Shown here piece by piece: positions 1 to 13,287 of a stretch of 64,000 nt of DNA. The position numbers were made by a program, and so were the translations under genes. This DNA comes from the human T2T-CHM13v2.0 reference genome, Homo sapiens, in the NCBI RefSeq assembly GCF_009914755.1, contig NC_060925.1; one strand, given 5' to 3'. The notes under the pieces are model-generated. The model worked only from the letters and a program-made list of their open reading frames with translations, was not told where the DNA came from and did not search any database. The stretch's first letter is position 1, and the number at the start of each line of letters is the position of its first letter.

Positions 1-835
1 GGTGGGAGATGCCCAGGGGTCTCCTGGAGCCTGGATAGATGGAGAATTCTACCGGCCACCACGTAGAGAGCACCCAGGACACAGCAGGCTCCGTGCTACA
101 CACATCTGAGATCCCCTAGAACCCTCACCACACCCAGGCGTAGCTGCAGATGAGGAAGCCGAGGCAGAGAAGGAAGATGTCTTCCCCAAGATCATACAAC
201 CAGTGAACAGCAGAGCTGGGATTTGAACCCCGGTCTGTCTGACACTAAAACCGTACAGTGCCATGACTCCAAAGACCAGGATTTGAGGACAGCCACCCTT
301 CCCTTCCCATCCAAAACCCTCAGCCAACTGGATTTTTATCTGGGCCTAACTAGGGGACCCATGAATCAGGAGGCTGAGCCCTGGGATGGGGGAGTTCAGT
401 GGCTGCTGGGAAAGGCATGAGGTATAGCAGGTGTGCCTCCAGTGGTCTCAAGTTCCAGAGGGCCCCTTGGTGGTGTCCGCCCTTGATGTCCGCAGTGACC
501 TGACCTCACCTGTTTCATGTTGTCCGGGGATAATTTTTCCCCCTGGCCTGTCACCCTAGGGACAATGGGGGTGATGACACCCCACCAACCTCTGACCTCA
601 GCCCACCCTGTGTCCACCCCTCTTATAGCTCAGCCTAAAGAGGGCGGGTCACAGGAGGGAGGGGCATCTTATTGCTCAGCCCGACAGGCAAACAGCCGCT
701 AGGTGGGCTTCCCGGAAGTGCAATGCCCCTCCGCCGCCCAGGGGAGGTACGGAGGCTCTTGAGTTTCTTGGGAAGCCCAGTAGTCCTTGCAAAGGCAGCA
801 GCAGCATCAGATTCGGTGGGATGTCGGGGGACAGC
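1..835 (-). other. IFNLR1: IFNLR1 3' UTR (partial; continues beyond window), containing a MIR-like fragment at about 130-270
   Basis: Immediately follows TGA at 836-838; no AATAAA on the minus strand seen in this part. Confidence 0.85.
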
Positions 836-1597
836 TCACCTGGCCATGTAATGCCCCAATGTCCGGCCCCTGTCCTCGGTCCTCTGGGTGCTCTCAGCCC
901 CCCAGCTGCCCGCATCGCTGTCCTCAATTTCTGATTCCCTCGCCTCCTCTTCCTCCTCAGGGCTGCTTTCCCAGCAGAAGGTCAGTGTCTGAAGAGAAAC
1001 TGGGGGTCCCCCAGGGACCAGATTCGGCTCCGGTGGTAAGGTGCCCCAGGTGGCCCAGGAGGAGAGGTTATCTTCTGGGAGCTCTTCCAGGAAACCCGAG
1101 TCCTTGGAGAATTCAGGTGGTGGGAGAGATTCTTGGTGCCCATCCCCACCCGGCCCTTGGCCTGGCCCCTTCTCAGCCAAATAGCCAGAGGACCCAGCCC
1201 TGTCCCAGGAGGAGTCCACAGTGCTGGCCCAGCTTCTGTCTGAAGAATCCCAAGCAGAGGAGCCTTCGCTTGGGACCAGAGGAGCCCTGGGCCTCCCTGA
1301 GTCCACCCCACCAGCCTCCGAGTGCCCTGGAGCCTGGTGCTCTTGCCCCAGGAAAGAAGGTGGTTCAATGTAGGGCTGGAAGCTGACGCCATCTTCTGTG
1401 TCCTCCTCATCCTCCTCCTCTTCGTCCTCTGCAAGGTCCTTCTTCCATCTTGTCTGTTGGGTGGCTGGGGCCCTGACTCGAGGCGTCGGCCTGACCCCTC
1501 TGGTCAGTTCCTTTTGGGGACAGAGGAACAAGTCATTCACGGACTCTGGTCTGCTGGGCTGAAAGGTTGCCACAGGGTGTGTGTGTCCAGAAAAGTC
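836..1597 (-). CDS. IFNLR1: IFNLR1 coding part of exon 7 (cytoplasmic tail DFSGHTHPV...GHYMAR*, including Tyr343 and Tyr517)
   Basis: ORF 836..1573; acceptor cccaaatcAG at 1598-1599; 762 nt, giving a 520-aa total. Confidence 0.98.
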   Translation of the reverse strand, partial: DFSGHTHPVATFQPSRPESVNDLFLCPQKELTRGVRPTPRVRAPATQQTRWKKDLAEDEEEEDEEDTEDGVSFQPYIEPPSFLGQEHQAPGHSEAGGVDSGRPRAPLVPSEGSSAWDSSDRSWASTVDSSWDRAGSSGYLAEKGPGQGPGGDGHQESLPPPEFSKDSGFLEELPEDNLSSWATWGTLPPEPNLVPGGPPVSLQTLTFCWESSPEEEEEARESEIEDSDAGSWGAESTQRTEDRGRTLGHYMAR

Positions 1598-2757
1598 CTG
1601 ATTTGGGTAGGGGAGAGAAAAGCAGAAAATTTAGGCTTTCCTGAAGCATAATTATCGTCATCTGAATTCCCCTAGAAACAGACCTCAGACAAGGCTTCAA
1701 GTGTAAGCAGTTTCTTTGGGAGATGATCCCAGAACACACCAGATGGGACTGGGGGAGCAGCCAGGAAGCAGGGTGTTATCAAGCAGCTGACCACTAGGGC
1801 TACTGGCACTTAATCCTGCTGGCAACTCAGGGAGCCACTGGGCACACGCACCTCAGAACCATCCCAGGAGGGGGACGCTCCTGGGCTATTTACCCACAGT
1901 CATTGTTGAGGAATGGAAGAGCTGGTGGCTGTGACACTTGCAGCCTGCCACATGCAGGGGCAGTGTGGGCTCCAGAGGCCAGAGAAAGCCCATTGGGTGC
2001 AGGCGCTGGGAGTTGCAAATCCAGCTGGTGTGCTCTTAACAGGAAGGCTGAGGGCACGGGGCAGGGCACAGACATGTCTACCCGAGGTTGTCACCCTGAC
2101 AGTTAGTGGGATTCTCCCACAGATCCTGGAGCCAGGAAATTTGGAAATGCTCCCTTTGCCACCCTGCCACGATGCAGGGACACTCAGAATCCATCCTCAA
2201 AGCCCCCATGCCCATCGGAGCCTCGCATATGCCCAAGCTGCCCCTGCCAGCCCTCATCTGAACAGGGCCGACCTATATCACCTCCTGGGCTTCCCCTGCC
2301 CCAGCTCGCCCCTAGGTTCTAAGGGAGAGACCCAGCAGACCAGGGAAGAAACTCCAAGGTCAGCCAGGACACAGCTTATCCTGGGTTAAAGTGTGAACTA
2401 AAAATTGGAACTCTTTTAAGATGTCCCCTTTGGTGCCTCCTCTCCTCCCCTTTTGAGTGTCTCTCCTGAGGTCCAAGGCCAGGGGCTCTGCTCTCAGCAG
2501 CTGACACATCCTTAGCAGAGGTGAAGTTATTTATCTCAAAGGAACTTAAGGCACTGCTCCCTCCAGGGCCTGTTTGCCATTTTATTCAGGACTAAATGAA
2601 TGCATTACTAATGGTGGAAATTCAGACACAAAGATAGATGTTTTGGTCCAAGAGTCTGGACCATCTTGATATTCTATCTGAACAACTCATAGCTCCAGCC
2701 CCACTCCCTTACTCTCAACCCCTCCCCACCTGCCGCACACCCCCAGATTTGCTATAC

Positions 2758-2888
2758 CAGGGCCCGTGGCATCTTTGCCCGCTGAAACCAGGGGTTCCCC
2801 ATGAGGGTCTTCCAGATCACACCCCCTGCGGCAATTACTAACAGCAGTATCAGAAGCGATGGCAGCACCAGGAAAGCCCAGTTGGCTT
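2758..2888 (-). CDS. IFNLR1: IFNLR1 coding exon 6 (transmembrane helix AFLVLPSLLILLLVIAAGGVIW and start of JAK1 box1 ...KMPRAL)
   Basis: Acceptor ttccttccttAG, donor CTG|GTATAG; 131 nt; hydrophobic TM segment on translation. Confidence 0.96.
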
Positions 2889-3179
2889 CTAAGGAAGGAA
2901 AAATAACAATGAGAGAAACAACAATGGCTCTTGTCTACAACTGCACCTGTGCCGAGTGCTTCACATACATGACCCTATTTAATCCTCACAAGAATAAACC
3001 CATCCTGCAGACTGTGCAAACCAAGGTTCGGGGCATTATGTAAGCTGCCCAAAGACACACAATGAGTGTGGTTTTAATCCAGGCGAGTCTATCTCTAGGC
3101 TCATGTTCTTAACCACTGTGTCACGAAGCTCCCAAGGCCCAGAGGGAAAGTTTCTCTTTCTGCACCACTTGATACCCAC

Positions 3180-3339
3180 CTGGGACCTCCAGCAAGAAGC
3201 AGGTGGGCTTAGAGAACTTGCTGTATTTCGGGACACTGAACGTGTAGATGGTTCTGGCACTGAGGCAGTGGTGTTCGCTGGCAGCTGGCTGGAGAGTGAT
3301 CTGGACTGGCTGGCCATGGGGAGTGACTGGAAATAGGGT
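3180..3339 (-). CDS. IFNLR1: IFNLR1 coding exon 5 (TLFPVTPHGQPVQITLQP...CFLLEVP; D2 second half)
   Basis: ORF 3121..3516; acceptor ttccaaacAG, donor CAG|GTGGGT; 160 nt. Confidence 0.97.
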
Positions 3340-3431
3340 CTGTTTGGAAAAGAAGCAGAGAGTGGCAGAGCTGCTGTGGGGACTGGTTTCACACAGCCAG
3401 GACAGAGTGGGGTTGGCAGACATGGTAGGGT

Positions 3432-3725
<294 letters not shown>

Positions 3726-3964
3726 TGAACTTTCTATTCTTTTCCTGCATTAAAGTTTAAGCATTGAGGAAGCACTTCCCAAGACTACCTGAGTTCTTTT
3801 CAGCTGAGTCTAGAGGTAGGGATAGCCATGGTTCAAAAGCAGCCTACCACTTGGGGTCGCCCTGGCGTGCACCCCATTAAGGTCCCTACTTCGAGGAGCA
3901 GATTCTTCAGGCTTTCCATCTTGGGGTCTCCTAGTCTATCAGCAGTGGAGGAAACCTCTACAGA

Positions 3965-4275
3965 TGCTGCACTGTGTGGTATGGAAGGCACTGGCCACGC
4001 GTGACTACTGAGTATGTGAAATGCATCTGGTCCACACTGAGAAGTGTTCCAAGTACAAAACACACATCAGATTTTAAAGACGTAGTGAAAAAGAATGTAA
4101 AAGATCTCAATCACTATCAGAATTGCTCATTGAAATGATACCATTCAATTGGATGAAGTAAAATCTGTTATTAAAATTCGATTTACCTGTCTCTTTTTAC
4201 TTAATTTAACATGGAACACTTAAAACTGCACATGTGGCTTGCATTATATTTCTTTCTATTGGGCAGTGCTGGTCT
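3965..4275. mobile_element. MER33/MER3-like hAT-Charlie DNA transposon
   Basis: gccacgcgtgactactgag...aaaacacacatcagatttt...tattgggcagtgctg. Confidence 0.7.
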
Positions 4276-4404
4276 AGAATATTTGTGAGGTTCTTGAAGG
4301 CAGGAACCACGCTGGATTCGGATCTATATTCCCCAGAACCCAGAGTATGCAAAAATCGGGAGTGTGAATGTTACTTTAGTGGAAGCAAGAACATTCAAGA
4401 GCAG

Positions 4405-4915
4405 AGGCCCAGGGACCAAGTCTGGTTGGCCACTTGTTTATGTAAAAAGTTTTATTTTTTGTTTTTTTTGAGACAAGGTCTCACTCTGTTGCCCAGACTA
4501 AAGTGCAGTGGTGCGATCATGGCTCACTGTGGCCTTGCTTCCTGGGCTCGAGCGATCCTCCTGCCTCAGCATCCCAAGCAGCTGGGACCACAAGCATGCA
4601 TCACCACACCCAGCTTTTTTTTTTTTTGTAGGGACAATGTTTCACCATGTTCCCCAGGCTGGTCTTGAACTCCTGGGCTAAGGTAATCCTCCCACCACCT
4701 CGGCCTCCCAAAGTACTGAGATTACAGGCATGAGCCACCGCACCTGGCCTGTAAACAGTTTTACTGGAACCCAGCGATGCCCATTCATTTACGTATAGGC
4801 TACGGCTCCTTTTGTGCTATAACTGCAGCGTTGAGTAGTCCTGAGCGAACATACGGCCCATGAAGCCAAACATATCGACTATCTGGCCTTCTTCGGGAAA
4901 GTCTGCCAGCCCTTG
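4405..4915. mobile_element. MER58A-like element interrupted by an Alu (4449-4749, minus)
   Basis: gttttactggaacccagc...gttgagtagt...atctggcc...aaagtctgccagcccttg. Confidence 0.7.
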
Positions 4916-5264
4916 CCATAAATAAATGCAGCTATACACACATGCATACACAGAAAACAAATCTGAAATTGGATATACACCAGAGTGATGTGCGGTCATC
5001 TCTGGGTACTTTTGGTCTGCTTCTTAGAGCTTATCTGTATTTTTCAGTTTTTCTGTACTGAATCTGTTGACTTGGCAAGCAGGCCTCCTGTAGGTCATCA
5101 TACTTTGATCAGATTTTATTAGGGCTGACTGCCAGAAGTCAGGAGTGTACAGGGAAGACTTCCTGGAGGAGGGGTGCAGGAGCAGGCTGGGAGGGTGAGA
5201 AGAACCTGAGTAAGAAGGGGTGGAGGAGCGGGCCTAGCCTGGGGGCAGGAAAGGAGCTTCCCAC

Positions 5265-5407
5265 CTTGTTTCCGGCCCCCTCCTTCCAGAATGCCACCTC
5301 ATACTTCAGATCCAGTGGGGGCATGCAGGGGGGCAGCTGGTACGTGGCATTGGCACTCAGGATCTCCTCCGTCTGGGTGAGCACCAGGACAGGTGGGGCC
5401 GGCTCCA
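5265..5407 (-). CDS. IFNLR1: IFNLR1 coding exon 4 (VEPAPPVLVLTQTEE...WKEGAGNK; D2 first half)
   Basis: ORF 5139..5531; acceptor tttctgcAG, donor AAG|GTGGGA; 143 nt. Confidence 0.97.
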
Positions 5408-6423
5408 CTGCAGAAACAGAGCAGGACCTGTCAGTAATCCCGAGGGGCCGCACTGCCTCCATCCCCCAAGACCAGAGAGCTCTCTTGGAAATGGAAAAGC
5501 AACTAGCATGTTTCAAACACTTCTTGTGCACCTAGCACCTTATAATCTGTTATTTCAGCCTTGCACTGACCCTGGGAGGGAGATATCACTACTCTCATTT
5601 CATAGAGAGGAAAACTGAGGCTTAGAGAGGAGAGGTGACCTGGGCAAGCTCATTGCTGACCTGCCTTCTCTCATGCCATCCCGTCCGCCTGGGTGCCCTC
5701 CACATGTCACTGGCCTGGCAGATCCTGCCCATCTGGATTCATTTTCTATTGCTGTCATAACAAATTACCACACACACAGTGCCTTAAAAATGATACAAAC
5801 TTATTATCTCACAGTTCTCTAGGTCAGAAGTCCAGGTGGGCTCAGCTGGTTCCTCCGCTCTGGGTCTCACATCTGGAACCGATGGGGGAGAAGACACTTC
5901 CAAGCCCCCTTGGGTTGTCAGCAAAACTTAGTTCTTTGTGGCTGTAGGGCTGTGGTCCCTGTTTCCTGGCCGATTGTTAGTGGGAGCCTCTCAGCTCCGG
6001 AAGGCACCCACATTTTTCATCACGTTACCACTCCATCGTCAAACCAGAAACGGCACCATGGAGTCCTGTTTATGCTTCAAATCTCTCTGACTTCCCCTTC
6101 TGCCACTTCTCTTCTGCCTCCATCTGGAGAAAGTTTTAAAGGCTCATGGGATTAGATTGGGCCCATCTGGATTATCCAGGATAACCTCACTATTTGAAGA
6201 TCTATGTCTCAGTCTATTTTGTGTTGTTATTACAGAATATCACAGGCTGGGTAATTTATAATGAACAGAAGTGTATTTGGCTCATGTTTCTGGAGACTTG
6301 GAAGTCCAAGAGCATGGCACTGGCATCTGGTGAGGGCCTTTGTGCTGTGTCATCCCATGGTGGCAGGTGGAAGGGCAAGAGAGGGTGAGAGTAAGCCAGC
6401 AAGAGAGGGCAGAACTCACTTTT

Positions 6424-6438
6424 CTTTTCTTTTCTTTT

Positions 6439-6498
<60 letters not shown>

Positions 6499-6530
6499 TT
6501 TCTTTCTTTCTTTTTTCTTTCTTTTTTTCT

Positions 6531-6578
<48 letters not shown>

Positions 6579-6937
6579 TCCTTCCTTCCTTCCTTCCTTC
6601 CTTTTCTTTCTTTTCTTTCTTTCTCTTTCTTTCTTTCTTCTTTCTTTCCTCTTTTTTTTTTTTTTTTTTTGAGACAGAGTCTTGCTCTATCACCCAGGCT
6701 GGAGTGCAACGGGGCGATCTCAGCTCACTGCAACCTCTGCCTCCCGGATTCATGCGATCCTCCTGCTTCGGCCTCCTGAGCAGCTGGGATTACAGGCGCC
6801 CGCCACCACTCCCGGACACTTTTTGTATTTTTTAGTAGAGACAGACTTTCACCATGTTGGCCAGGCTGGTCTCAAACAACTGACTTCAAGTCTTGGCCCC
6901 GCAAAGTGCTGAGTGGCATAAGCCACTGCCCCTGGCC
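6424..6937 (-). mobile_element. Alu with a tail expanded into about 250 bp of (TTTC)n
   Basis: TSD agaactcactttt at 6411-6423 and 6938-6950. Confidence 0.92.
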
Positions 6938-7169
6938 AGAACTCACTTTTTAACAATCCATTCTTGATAAACACACTCCCGCAAGACTGACCTTAATCTA
7001 TTCACGGGGGCAGCGTTCTTAAGGACTAAATCACCTTTTAACAGGGCCACTTCTTAATGCAATCACAATGATGATTAAATGTCAACAGGAGTTTTAGAGG
7101 GGACATTCAAACCATAACAGTCTATAACGTTAATTAAGATTCCTACTGCCACGCAATACTGACATCTAA

Positions 7170-7802
<633 letters not shown>

Positions 7803-8450
7803 TAACAGTTGCAGACAATCTGGCTCAAGCATGGGGACATGAAAGGGACAATCAGGTCATGGTCCAATGCAGTTTGAAAATCCAGCCAAGAAAACTCCAT
7901 TAGGTTTCAAGGCCTGGGAAGAATTCTCTTTCGCTCTTAGCACTGCCCTTTGAGCTTCTGGTTTCACCGTCTGAGATATCCTTCCTTTTCACTAAAGGTA
8001 GCAGGTGTTTGCAGCTAAGTAGTTTTACCAGTCTGCATCTCACCAGTAGAAACTGGAGAGTCCAACAGCCTTCTTTGATTTCATACTCTCTGTGTTCCAT
8101 TTAATCCAAGCTAACAGTGTTTCTGTGGATGTAAACGTCTCAGGAACTTTACGGGTCTCCTATGGATGTCATGGGGGAATCCACTGCATTATTAGATAAA
8201 AGCCAGGTCCACAGATCCTTTTATCAGATAAGCCCTTCTCTACTTTTGGCTCCAGCTGAGATGGCTGAGGGACAATGCTGTTCAGCTTCCTAGAAGTCCC
8301 CTGGTTTGATTGAAGGGGACTGTGAGTTATAATCTTAATCTCTTCAAAGAGCCTTTTGAGCGACTGAGTACTTTGATCTTTTATCTTCCTGAAGTTTGGT
8401 ATAATCACATACTTGGCTGTTTCTCTATGTCACACTTTTGGGAGCAATCT

Positions 8451-8751
8451 CTTTTTTTTTTTTTTGAGATGGAGTCTTGCTCTGTCACCCACCCAGGCTG
8501 GAGTGCAGTGGCATGATCTTGGCTCACTGCAACCTCCGCCTCTTGGGTTCAAGTGATCCTCCCACCTCAGCCTCCTGAGTAGCTGGGATTACAGGTGCCC
8601 GCCACCACACCCAGCTAATTTTTGTATTTTTAGTAGAGACGGAGTTTCCCCACATTGGCCAGGCTGGTCTCAAACTCCTGACCTCAGGTGATCTGCTCGC
8701 CTCGGACTCTCAAAGTGCTGGGATTACAGGCATGAGCCACTGTGCCCAGCT
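8451..8751 (-). mobile_element. AluS
   Basis: Alu body; TSD caatctctt. Confidence 0.9.
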
Positions 8752-9829
8752 ACAATCTCTTAATTTTATTGTTTTTTGCATAGGTTGAGAACCTCCCAAA
8801 TCATCAAGTCCTGGTTCCTTTCTGTTTAAGTTCTTCCCTCATTTTCTCTCTCTCCTCTTGCATTTTACTATAAGAGGCAGGAAGAAACCAGGCCGTGCCT
8901 TCCACATTTTATTTGGAAACCTTCTCGGATAAGCATTCAAATTCATCATTTACAAGCTCTGCGTCCCATATGACTGCAGGACACAATTCTGCTAAGCTTT
9001 CTGCCAGTACAGAACAAGTTTCTTCCTTTCTCAAGTTTTCAATTACACGTTCCTTACCTTGTGAAGCAGTGCCTTGAGTGTTAGTGTGTCTACTAACAGG
9101 CTCTTCACGATGATTGAGGTATTCTTGGAGGGGATTTAGCTTTTCTCTAAAATGCTACTTGTTTCTTTCTGCACTCTGAGTCTTCAACTTCCACATTCCT
9201 ACCGATAGTCTATTGAGGGCCTTCTAGCCTTGCCCAGTGGCTTGAAGATGGAGAGGGCAATGTGACAAGGAATATGGCAGCCAGAGAAAACTAAATACAC
9301 CACCTTTCAAGTTCTAACTAAAATGCCACTTCTTCCATGCAGCCTTCCCTGATTCCCAGCCAGCAGGGATCTCTGACCACACTAGTCACCTTTGCCCTGT
9401 GTTTGTGGTCAAGGTAAACATGTGGCTTCTTCATGATGTCATTACTTACATGTTTAGGAAACATCCACTGGGTACTGACTAGGTATCAAGCTTCAGGAAG
9501 GGAGCTGAGGGGAATGCGGAGATGAGGCCTCCTTGTATCCTGACCTTCAGGAGCTGAAAGTTTGGGGTAAATGAAATATGCAAACTACCAAAAGAAAGTG
9601 ACCACGGCCACATATGAGAGCAGAAAAAGTGTGGAGGGAGTGTAAAGGCAGGAAGGGTCACCCTGGCTTGGGATGTGGGGCTGAAGAATCAGGAGAAATT
9701 CAGGGAGGAGGCAAAAAATTAATGAAAACATTTTAAATATCTTTGTGTCTTTCCCTTTATTCTTCTAATGTCTTATTCCTACCCATTCAGCAATTATTGT
9801 GGTTTGTCTGCCATTCTTCTAGCCAGAGA

Positions 9830-10225
9830 GCCTTCCTGTCTGCCTTCTTATCCTTCCTTTCCTTCCCATCCATCCATCCATCCATCCATCCATCCTTCCT
9901 TCCTTCCTTCCCAACCACCCTTTCTTCTCAATCATCCTTTCTAACCAATATTTTTTTCTTCCTATGCCTCCTTTCTTATTATTCATTTATACTTCTCACC
10001 TTTTATTTAGCCAGTGAGCCTTCTAACCTACTCATCCATTCTTCCCATACATCCATTCTTCTTTTCTCTTCCACCTTTCTACACATCCTTCCTTCTTGTC
10101 TCTCCTTCCTTCCTTCCTTGCTTCTCCTTCGCTCCAGCCCTTCCTTCCCTGCCTGGATGTCCCGCTTTTCTTCTATACTATCTACCCACCCATCTCATCC
10201 ACCCATCTGCCTTTTCTTCTGCCTT
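9830..10225. repeat. Pyrimidine-rich low-complexity (TCCA/TCCT) tract, resuming at 11750-12010 after the MLT2 insertion
   Basis: Direct inspection. Confidence 0.8.
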
Positions 10226-10238
10226 CTGTGATGGTTAA

Positions 10239-10563
10239 ATTTTTTCTTTCTTTAAGACAGGGTGTTGCTCTGTCACCGAGGCTGGAATTCAATGGAACAA
10301 TCATGGCTCACTGCAGCCTTGACCTCCTGGGCTCAAGTCATCCTCCTACCTTGGCCTCCCAGATAGCTGGGACCACAGGTGCCCACCACCGTACCCAGCG
10401 AATTTAAATTTTTTTTTTTTTGTAGAGACGAGGTCTCCCTATGTTGCCTAGGCTGGTCTTGAACTCCTAGGCTCAAGTGATCTGCCTACCTCATCCTCAA
10501 AGGATCTTCCCACCTTGGCCTCCCAAAGTGATGGGATTACAGGTGTGAGCCACAGTGCCTGGC
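10239..10563 (-). mobile_element. AluJ inserted at the very start of the MLT2 LTR
   Basis: TSD ctgtgatggttaa at 10226-10238 and 10564-10576. Confidence 0.9.
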
Positions 10564-10564
10564 C

Positions 10565-11750
<1,186 letters not shown>

Positions 11751-12150
11751 ACTTCCTATCCTCCATCTCTCTATCCACACATATTTCCTTCCTAATAGGC
11801 ATCTATCCTTCCATCCAACCTCCTTCCTTCCCATTTTTCCATTGCTTCCTCCTCCATCCCCTCCATCCTCCCTTTCTTCTTACCCATCTGTCCTTCCCTT
11901 CTTTTATCCATCCACCGAGCCAGCTTCTTTCCACACGAATCATCTCTTCTTCCTTCTCTACCATCTCTTCCTGCTGCCCTGCAATCAGTCTGTCCCTCTT
12001 CTCTCTTAAAGCCTTATTTTGTCCTTGAACACTGTGAGAAGCCCGGGCAGCAAGTTACAGCTCTCAGCTCTCTGAGGACACTGTCTGGGCATTTATCCTC
12101 CCCTTGTTACCCGGCCCTGCCCGAGGTCAGAAAGATCCAGTTCAATCTAT

Positions 12151-12202
12151 GTCCACCGGTTACTAGCGGTATCAAGTCCACTGGTTACTAGCGGTATCAA
12201 GT
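12151..12202. repeat. 25-bp tandem duplication
   Basis: gtccac(c/t)ggttactagcggtatcaa x2. Confidence 0.95.
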
Positions 12203-12396
12203 TTCTTAGCTTCTGTGAGTCTCAGGTTGATGGAAATGAACCTCACAAGTTTGCTGTGAAGATTAAAAATAGACTGAAAAAAAAAAAGTGCCCTCCTCAC
12301 CCAATGTCAATACATGATTTCTGCCAGTAAGCATGGGACATTTTTTTTTCTATCATCTTTACCCCCCCACACCCCACAAATTTCTACAGTGTATAG

Positions 12397-12754
<358 letters not shown>

Positions 12755-13102
12755 TAAGGAGAGAAGCTGAACATAAAAAATAGGAATAAGCATATAAAGT
12801 GCCTTGTGTAGTCCATGACCAAAATGGTGCTCAACTGAAAATAATGAACATTGTTAGCAGAGGGTGCACGTGAGATTGCTGGTGCTGGCTGGAGCTCCCC
12901 TAACTCCCTGACAGGCTACCAGACATGGTCCCTCGCTGTTGCTGGTCCCACACCCCATCTCAAAGGGCCTGGCCCAGGGAGCTGCCCTCTGCTTTGGGGA
13001 AGTGGGAGACAGATGGTCAGGAGAACAGAACCACTGAGCACTGAGCACAGCTCCCCGATGGGATGGACAGCCTTCCACTCAGTCCCTTACCCACAGACCT
13101 AC

Positions 13103-13287
13103 CTTCAAAAAGGTAATCCAGGTATTCGGACTCCACCCAGGGGGACTTGGAGCTGGGAGAAACCGTCCGCACGCGTCCCTTGAACTTGTTGTACAGGTCC
13201 TGTTTCTTCAGGCACATCATAGAACATAGCAGCTCCTTGGTTCCCGCACACTCTTCCACTTCGCGCCACCGTCTACGGGTGGGAGAG
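13103..13287 (-). CDS. IFNLR1: IFNLR1 coding exon 3 (SSPTRRRWREVEECAGTKELLCSMMCL...YLFE; D1 second half)
   Basis: ORF 13017..13259; acceptor ctcccccAG, donor AAG|GTAGGT; 185 nt. Confidence 0.97.

Noticed and set aside
787-1651. Long antisense and alternate-frame ORFs over exon 7 (199, 150, 109 aa)
   Set aside because: Shadow ORFs of a GC-rich real CDS, mostly non-ATG starts, with no independent splice or promoter evidence
6256-6779. Lys/Glu/Arg-rich and Phe/Leu/Ser-rich ORFs (also at 32805 and 63130)
   Set aside because: Translations of (TTTC)n Alu tails
13017-13102. Exon 3 read-through isoform
   Set aside because: Donor is strong (AAG|GTAGGT) and the nearest sense AATAAA I found is about 580 nt away in an Alu tail prone to internal priming
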